This document shows, piece after piece, positions 56,701-64,000 of a DNA stretch of 64,000 nucleotides. Position 1 is the stretch's first letter; every line of letters begins with the position of its first letter. The stretch lies in the NCBI RefSeq assembly GCF_964355755.1, contig NC_092675.1:21486912-21550911 (forward strand). The letters are read 5' to 3'. Position numbers and translations under genes: made by a program. The stretch comes from Antedon mediterranea (Eukaryota; Animalia; Echinodermata). The notes beneath the pieces are model-generated. The model was not told the origin of the DNA and did no database searches. It saw nothing but the letters and a program-made list of their open reading frames with translations.

Positions 56701-59361
56701 TAATATAGATAAAAATATTAGATAATAAAAAAATGTTCAACATACAAATTACAGTGAACACCAAACAAAATATCTTATTTGATCATAATCTCCATTCTTG
56801 TTTTTCTTTCAAACTTAAAATATAAAAATAATATAACATTTAACATAGCTTACTGATCATGCAATTGTCACCGTCACCAAACTGGGTGTCGCACGAACAT
56901 GAATCTGATGTGAGTTTACAAGTACCCGGATAACATGACCTGCTATTCCTTCTCCATGAACATATTTCTGTAGAGAACATGAACTATATATAAATAATGT
57001 AAGTGACCTCAGCATTTTAGCTGTTAAAATAGTATAGGTATGTATATTATATATCTTATTAAGATACTCCGAATTAAGTTGTGCTTTTCAATATGCTATC
57101 ATTCATTGGACATTCGTTGTTTCTCCACATACGACAATTTGCCCAGTATAATAGGAACATTCGTTAAACACAGCATCTCATGTGTATCACATGCGGTGTC
57201 TCTATCCTGTAAGGTTAGGCTATCTGTTACCAGGCGATACGTAGGAAACACATGCTGTATTCGGAATTTTCCTATGATACTAAAGAAATTTAGATAAAGT
57301 ATGGATAATCGAAAAGAATATTGAGGGGTACAGTATATGATTTATAATTTATTTTTTTAAACATCAATAGCACCTTTGTTTATGACAATTTATGAAAATA
57401 GGACGCAATAGAAATCTTTCGATTTAATGTAGGCCTATATTTCCAACAACGGATCATTCGTTTCACTTCAATTGAAACTAAAACGTTTATAATTTACTAG
57501 ATACCGTATCGAACTGCAATGGAATCGCAGCTCAAAAAGTGATTCAATATAGAGAAGGAACTCGGAATATACTGTAATAAGCTCATTGTTTGGAACACCA
57601 TTAGACACATCAAACCATGAATTAAACTTACTATTACATTGCCCATTAATTAGTTGATAAGCTTTAATTTCGTCATTAATGTGATACATACATCTTGTGC
57701 AGAATGAATTTGAACGTGTGGAACAATCTACAACTTGGCAATTATCAATATCTGTTGTACAAGCTGGAGAAAAAAATAAAGTATTTGTAAATAATCGTAT
57801 GTAACACAACATAACAGTAAGTTTAAAATATTAAAAACACGTGAATAACTTTACTGTATTGACATGTCGGTCCATGGTATCCTTTGTAGCATTCACAGTG
57901 ATTAGGCTCATCACATACCCCATTGCTGCAATCATACTCACATATAGCTAAAATGGAAATTTAAATTAAAATCTCGTTAAGGAACAAACAGATATGTTTA
58001 TTATATTTTGTATCTGTTTTTCATCTGTTTTTAAACATTCATTCGCGATTGAACTTATATTCTTTAGAAACCAACTGTGAGTTTGCTTCTCCTATAGATT
58101 CTAAGCATAGGTATATACAGATACCTGCTTATACTCATCCTGGATGGAAATATCCTATTCCACACTACATGGTACAAACTCGATCTTAATTCATGCTAAA
58201 TCAGTTAATAACTTACGTTTGGTACACTCATTACTACCAGGATATGATGTATACCCACTGCAACATTTATATGTTTTGGTATAAACTGTTCTATACCTAG
58301 TGACCGATCGATATGATGTTCTATAATTTAAGAAAGAAATCGACCTTCAATGGTGAAATAATATTTAAAAACAATTACTATATCAGGCATATCTAAAAAT
58401 AGGAATGGATTGATTGACTAACATTTAGAATGGGGCACCATACGCAGCAAAAGTGTACATTTTAAGAATCACTGTATATTTCAGAATAACACTTTTGCTG
58501 GGTACCGCGCCAAATACAGTTAGTCAAGCAAAAATCTTTACCAGTTGGGCTTCCTACCGCCACAGCAGCTTTTTCTAATGGTATTGTTTGTTTGTTTGTT
58601 TTTATTCGTTTACCACACACATTTTAATACAAAGTAAGACAAGTAATTATTAAAAGATCATTATTCTATCTTTAATATAACACGGGATAACTGCCATTGT
58701 CAAAAGTATAACATCTTATCTGTGATATGAAGTGATATTCAGTAACATTTGAAAGTACAACTTACCGATAGTGAGTTCTACTACAAGTGTCCCAAAACAA
58801 AAAGCCACAGGAAGTGTATGTACTATAACTTGTAGCATATGACTGGCTGATGCTGTACCTTTGTGACACACTTGTCGAAGTAGTACAAACGTTTTGTCTT
58901 CGTTTTGTTACAAACATATAAAAAAGTATGTTTATTCGGTAACTTCTTTTCAACGTTAAAAAATGTCAAGGTAATTGTAATAAACACAAAATAAGAAATG
59001 TACATTGAAATGCATACAGGATAGGCTAGTTTCCTAGAACGAGATGATTTTATACTAATAGAATACTAATATTTTATTTTAAAACAAGGTTATTAAACGG
59101 ATTTAGCTCACTTCCAATACAAAAAAGGAATGTACTAAAAAGATGTTTTAAGTACAAAATAAATTGCTGACCACATTGAGGCCTGTTTTGTACTCTAGCA
59201 TGTTATACAGAACATTAAGACATATTGTGTACTTTATTTATGAACAAATTAAGCTAAATACTTAAAATTATTATTACTAACCCATTTGTGTTCAAAGTAT
59301 GCACACAGTTCCATAAGAATACATTGATAACAACTACAAAAACCAAGTAACGGAGAGCCAT
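53716..59361 (-). CDS. Receptor B: paralogue of receptor A with additional EGF/NIM-like and Cys-rich exons, ~794 aa
   Basis: 14 in-frame exons: 59361-59282, 58897-58766, 58320-58217, 57947-57855, 57763-57632, 56967-56854, 56619-56371, 56227-56101, 56009-55784, 55635-55440, 55099-54918, 54716-54462, 54329-54187, 54067-53716 (sum 2385 nt). CCSGY then PICEYDCSNGVCDEPNHCECYKGY; TM VIYAGAGGIIFNLAAVCLLVLIC. Confidence 0.88.
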
Positions 59362-60981
59362 TCTGTAGAGTAAGTAAAACTGTAAGGTTAGTTGCAAAAT
59401 TACTTTCCGAAATATTATTTTCCATCTAAGCTAAATTAGGTAAGATTGCAAAACTAAGTTGTGTTTTGTTTTAAGTTCAGTGTTAAGTATTATTAATATA
59501 CTTAATGACATCATTTTTAAATACTATAAGATAGAATATAGATAGTATAAGTATTTCCTGATAGTAATGTTTCAATCTTACATACAATATTGTTATATCA
59601 ATAATACAATATCTGTATTTTATTGTTAACCGTTTTTGATGTTGTATTGTTTTATGTTTCAAACCTGTTAGTGGCGGTATTTATCGCTGTTGGTTTTGAT
59701 TGAATAAAATAAAATAAAATAAACTATGGTTTTCATAGTGTGGCTTTGTAGGAAGTTATTCTGTGATTACATTGCATCTTCTGACTCTTGTGATCGATAC
59801 TTTACTTCCTTTCAGAAAGGAATAGTTTATTGAAGATGTCCGATACTCTAAGTGTTAATTCAAGTGTTTTAGTTATCAACTGCATTTTATGGTATAGTAA
59901 TCTAAGTAAACAGAACCACAGTAGTTTTTAGGATTTTAAAATCGGCCATTTGATCCGAAGTTGTTTTGTTTTGATATCAAATCTGTTCTTCAGAAATTAG
60001 ACACCATTACAGGATTTTCCATTTTGAATATAATATATGAATGAATATAATAACTAACGCCCTAAAAAGTGCAGTACTCGACTAAGAAATTCATTTACTT
60101 ACTCAATTTATATTTATAATGCTAACTGACCGATGATTTCCAGAGCAATACCTCATGCTATAATATGTGTGCAGTCCCAATCTTTACATAAGTGACAATA
60201 AAAATAACTTATATCTTGTAAATAGGCTTCGTATACTATTGCAGAAATAAACGCACAAAATGTTCAAAAATTCAAATTTGAAAACAAAACAGTATACCAG
60301 ACTACAAAATGTGACGTCATTTTCGGTATCTGGTATAGATTCAAAATATTATCAAGCAATATTTAAATTATTAATAATACAGAATGCTTTTTGTACAGAC
60401 AATACACATACATCTATCTATCGAAATTAACTTACCAAATGAATCTTAGTTTAAAAGGAGCAGACCAAGCAAATACGCGTATTCAGCTGGAAGACAATAT
60501 GCTAAATAAATATCCTCGTATTTAGAAACTCCGTCCAACGAGGAAATAAAGTCCTTCAATATTGGTAACAAGATGTAAACAAGTTAATGACAATTTAACT
60601 ACTTGTGTGTCAGGAAGAAGTAAGTACCGTAACATTATTCTGTTTTTATTTCTTATTGACAAGCAACTCAAGTTTAAAAAAAAACCTCTTTTACCGATTT
60701 CTAGAAAAAATATTAATTAAACTTAAACTTTAATTGACTGAATGAATAAATACTGTAAACTGAATACTAGGAGATAATTATTAGTAGCATGTATTTAGAA
60801 TTCGATAGAAAGGGGAAATCTAGAAACATCAGATTTGGTTAATATATTTATTACCTGCATTTTTACGCACTTTGATAAAATATTCTTATTTTATATTGAT
60901 GTTTTAATAATAATTATAATAGTTTGAGCAATGTAAACATTTTCCCATAGATGAAAATGAAATAAAGATTTTAGTACTTAC

Positions 60982-61102
60982 CTCAATAAAGGCACTTAAT
61001 TGCTCTCTTATTTCATCATCTTCTTTTGAAATCTGTTCTTCTAATTTCTCTAGACTTCTACCTAACTGAGTTACATCAGCCTTCAGTGTATCTATAGATA
61101 AT
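60982..61102 (-). pseudogene. Isolated exon resembling the formin FH2 domain (INF2/FHDC1-like)
   Basis: Acceptor TTATTGTAG, donor GTAAGT, open frame LSIDTLKADVTQLGRSLEKLEEQISKEDDEIREQLSAFIE. No neighbouring formin exons recognised; the family assignment is by eye. Confidence 0.5.
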
Positions 61103-61181
61103 CTACAATAACAGAATTGAAGAGGAGATTCAGTTAAAATAAATCAAATCAAAGAAATAAAAAGCATGAGGGTTGGTGAAC

Positions 61182-61780
61182 TTCAGTGAGTCCAAAATGC
61201 GGAGAATTATTTTTCCTAAACACGTTAACTTGAGGGCGCTAAACTAATAAATAAATCAAAATACATCAACTTGAAGATGCTATTAATTTTCCACAAAAAT
61301 ACGTCAATCTGACGGCGCTTTTATTTTTTTTTCTAAAATACGAGAATGCGTCAATGCAATTTATGATTATATTATGTTTTAGTTCAGTGAAAAAAATGGA
61401 TTACAATTATTACTAAGTCTATGCTTCATTTATTTTTATTTACGAATGTATTTCGTTTAAAACTAAAATGTACTTATTTTACGTGAAGAAACGTCGTGTT
61501 ATATTAGGATACTATTTGATATACACGATATACATATGATACACGTTGAGTTCTGACGATAAAGGCAACATTTGGAAAGGCTCCCTAGAAAATTGTTGAC
61601 ACACAAACGTTGACGTAATTTGTAAAATTAATAACGACCCTACGTTGACTTTTTTTGGGAAAAATTTTCGAATTTTATTTTGGTAAATTAATAGCGCTTT
61701 CAAGATGAGGTGTTTTTGATTAGTTTAGCGCCCTCAAGTTGACGTATTTTAAGAATTCTGCGTATTTTGGACTGACGCGA
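61182..61780. mobile_element. ~600 bp MITE with long TIRs
   Basis: GTCCAAAATGCGGAGAATT...ACGTTAACTTGAGGGCGCTAAACTAAT is mirrored by ATTAGTTTAGCGCCCTCAAGTTGACGT...AATTCTGCGTATTTTGGAC; a related fragment lies near 2870. Confidence 0.8.
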
Positions 61781-61995
61781 GTATTACGTGTAGTCATGAA
61801 GAAATAACAGTAATACAGTAAGTTAACTAAATTGTTTCTCCATGGTGTAGTAGACGAAGGACGTTATATCATACGTTATATTATAGCACTGCACAGGTTT
61901 ACCAAAATCACTGCGACTGCAGATGATATCATGATGAAAATGTAGTAAATAGCATTTCAGTTGTAAAATTATATAGTACAAACTGGGAATTATTG

Positions 61996-62520
61996 TACGA
62001 TACGATACGATACGATACAACTTTTTTGATTACAGCTATGAGATATGGGTCTATAAGTACACTCGAGTAAAATAAATATAACATAAATTACAAGACTAAA
62101 TAAATAATAAACAAGGAAATATAACAGAAACATGAGTAATTATCGGAATAGCGTTTGAAATCTCTATTATACAACCTGATAGCTGATGGAATATATGTGT
62201 TTATAAATCTATTTGTTTTGACTTTGGGGTGGAGTAATCTAAATGATCTACAGGTAACAAGGGTATCAAAGACAGGGTGAGTAACATCAGAAATAATACA
62301 ATTAAGTTTTTTAGACATCATTTCATTACATAAGTGTTCTAACAATTTAACATCGGTGCCTATAATCTTACCCGCTTGCTTAATATTCGAATTTAATTTT
62401 TCTTACTATCTAAGTTCAGTTCATTTAACCATATAATGATACAAAATGAAAGAGCAGATTGTACAACAGAAACGTAACGTAACATTACATTTTCTCATTC
62501 TACGTAGAAAGTACATTCTT
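61996..62520 (-). mobile_element. 5'-truncated non-LTR retrotransposon remnant (Rex1/Babar-like ORF2 C-terminus)
   Basis: Decayed frame ...THPVF...RLLHPKVKTNRFINTYIPSAIRLYN resembles the HP..R..RTNR..NSF.P.AIRL.N C-terminal motif; (TATCG)n tail. Confidence 0.7.
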
Positions 62521-62999
62521 TTATTTGACATTTAATATAAACTATATATATACATTATATATAAACAAAAGTAATGCCTAGATATTCTATTAAAAAATAA
62601 TGTTGTTATAATAAACTTGTATCCAAATTGAAAAGTGATTTAATATGTACTGTCAAATAGTTTCGGTAAATTTGAATAAATGATTAATTAGAAACACTCG
62701 TGAGTTTCGATATAAAAAAACTTACAATTATTGGTTATTAAGTCGAAAGAGGTTCAGAAAGTAACAACTAATGAGGAAATTTAATGAGCATATGGAGCTT
62801 TCGATTTGCGACGAATTGATATGTCATCGGTCGTCGCCTGTACATAAACCTCCAAAACTGTGTAGAGGTATTATAGCGAGGAAGCTTCCCCGCATGCGCA
62901 CAATGAATTAATAGGTCGAGATCGTCGCAAATAGTAGCTGCCCCCTTTAATGGTTAAACTAACGTAATAGTAAAGGTATTAGTCTTATCTATCGGGGGC

Positions 63000-63607
63000 A
63001 TGATGGCATCGATAATTGTAAGCCTACAACTGGTATTTTGGTATTGAATTAAGTGAAGAAAACATAATGTTCCTTACAACAAATAGTTATGTAATGTTAA
63101 TTGCTGTGCTGCTGTTGAACACTAATCAATCAAGGTAACTGAAGCATTATTGTTTGTTTGTTTGTTGTTATTTTGGTGATACACACCAAAGATAGCCAAC
63201 TAAATCCGTAGACTTGTTTCGGTGTGGTCCTTCTGGTGGTGAATTGGGCAGTACACCTGGAGACAATCTCCATCTTTTTTCGAAGAGTATAGGGCCTACT
63301 GCGTTCATGTTGCACGTCTCATTCGAAAGACGGTGCGCTATCTACATGTAAACATATTCTAACTCGCAAGTTGGTACAAACGGAGAGCGGCAGTGGGAAT
63401 CGAACCGTGGACCAAAGGAAACCTATGGAATGTCACGGTTCAGTGACTACCACCAGTTGCTAATTTAAACAATAAATTAAATAATGATCATCTATTTTAA
63501 TTACAGTGGATTTTCCTGTATGACAGCAGACAACTGTTTCCTCATCCTACATCAGGATGGAAAATACATTTATAAAGAGTTTACTGAATCTGACGATGAT
63601 TGTTCAG
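63000..63607 (+). CDS. Possible first two exons of a secreted-protein gene continuing beyond the window
   Basis: 63000-63040 (donor GTATTG) joined to 63507-63607 (TTACAG/GTAATT) gives MMASIIVSLQLVFCGFSCMTADNCFLILHQDGKYIYKEFTESDDDCS, with a signal-peptide-like start. Confidence 0.35.
63148..63455 (-). mobile_element. tRNA-derived SINE with Deu/Nin-type conserved domain
   Basis: B-box GGTTCGATTCCC, then CCGTCTTTCGAATGAGACGT...TTCGAAAAAAGATGGAGATTGTCTCCAGGTGTACTGCCCAAT resembling the Deu-SINE core; (AAAC)n tail. Confidence 0.7.
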
Positions 63608-63629
63608 GTAATTTCCCGTACTAATCTTC

Positions 63630-63916
63630 CCCTCCCACCATTGTCACAATCATAATCGCCATCATCATAAATTATCACCTTCAACCACCATTTTATTCTT
63701 TATATCATCTCCTCATCACCATCAATCATCATTGTCATGATCATTTTAAATATTATTTCATTCTCTCTTCCCACCAAATCACCATCAATTATTATCAGCC
63801 ACAGCATCAACATCTTCTTCTTTACTCATTCAAAATCAGAATTATCATGTTATCAATCATACGCCTACACTTTAATAATAATAATAATTTTCATTATTTA
63901 CCATCATCAGTATCAT
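63630..63916. repeat. CAT/ATC-rich low-complexity tract
   Basis: Degenerate (CATCAT/ATCACC)n; a similar tract lies at ~22670-22810. Confidence 0.6.
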
Positions 63917-64000
63917 CGAAAATTAATTAATTTCTAGTATATCACCATAGTTACCTAATGCCTGTAAATTCAATATTATAAGCTTACATTTATCAACATT

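Overview
AT-rich eukaryotic (animal) genomic DNA with GT-AG introns; no prokaryotic, CRISPR or rRNA features. Abundant TAGGCCTA motifs and a Deu-domain SINE suggest an invertebrate deuterostome, possibly an echinoderm (inference). Gene models were spliced by hand and checked for frame. They are: a weak spliced transcript at the left end (-); a 2-exon atypical protein kinase (+); SKP1 (+); a 15-exon anthrax-toxin-receptor-like gene (-); an uncharacterised 578-aa coiled-coil gene (-) head-to-head with CFAP299 (+) across a promoter with RFX X-boxes; two tandem paralogous type-I membrane receptors (-); an isolated formin-FH2-like exon; and the possible start of a secreted-protein gene at the right end. 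The receptor pair is the most interesting part. Both have a Draper/Nimrod-like EMI/CCxGY N-terminus, a Cys- and beta-rich ectodomain and tyrosine-motif tails, and they differ by two symmetrical exons and by a tail repeat expansion. Many non-autonomous transposons are present, including nested piggyBac-like and Harbinger-like elements, HINEs, SINEs, a LINE remnant and a 31-bp satellite.
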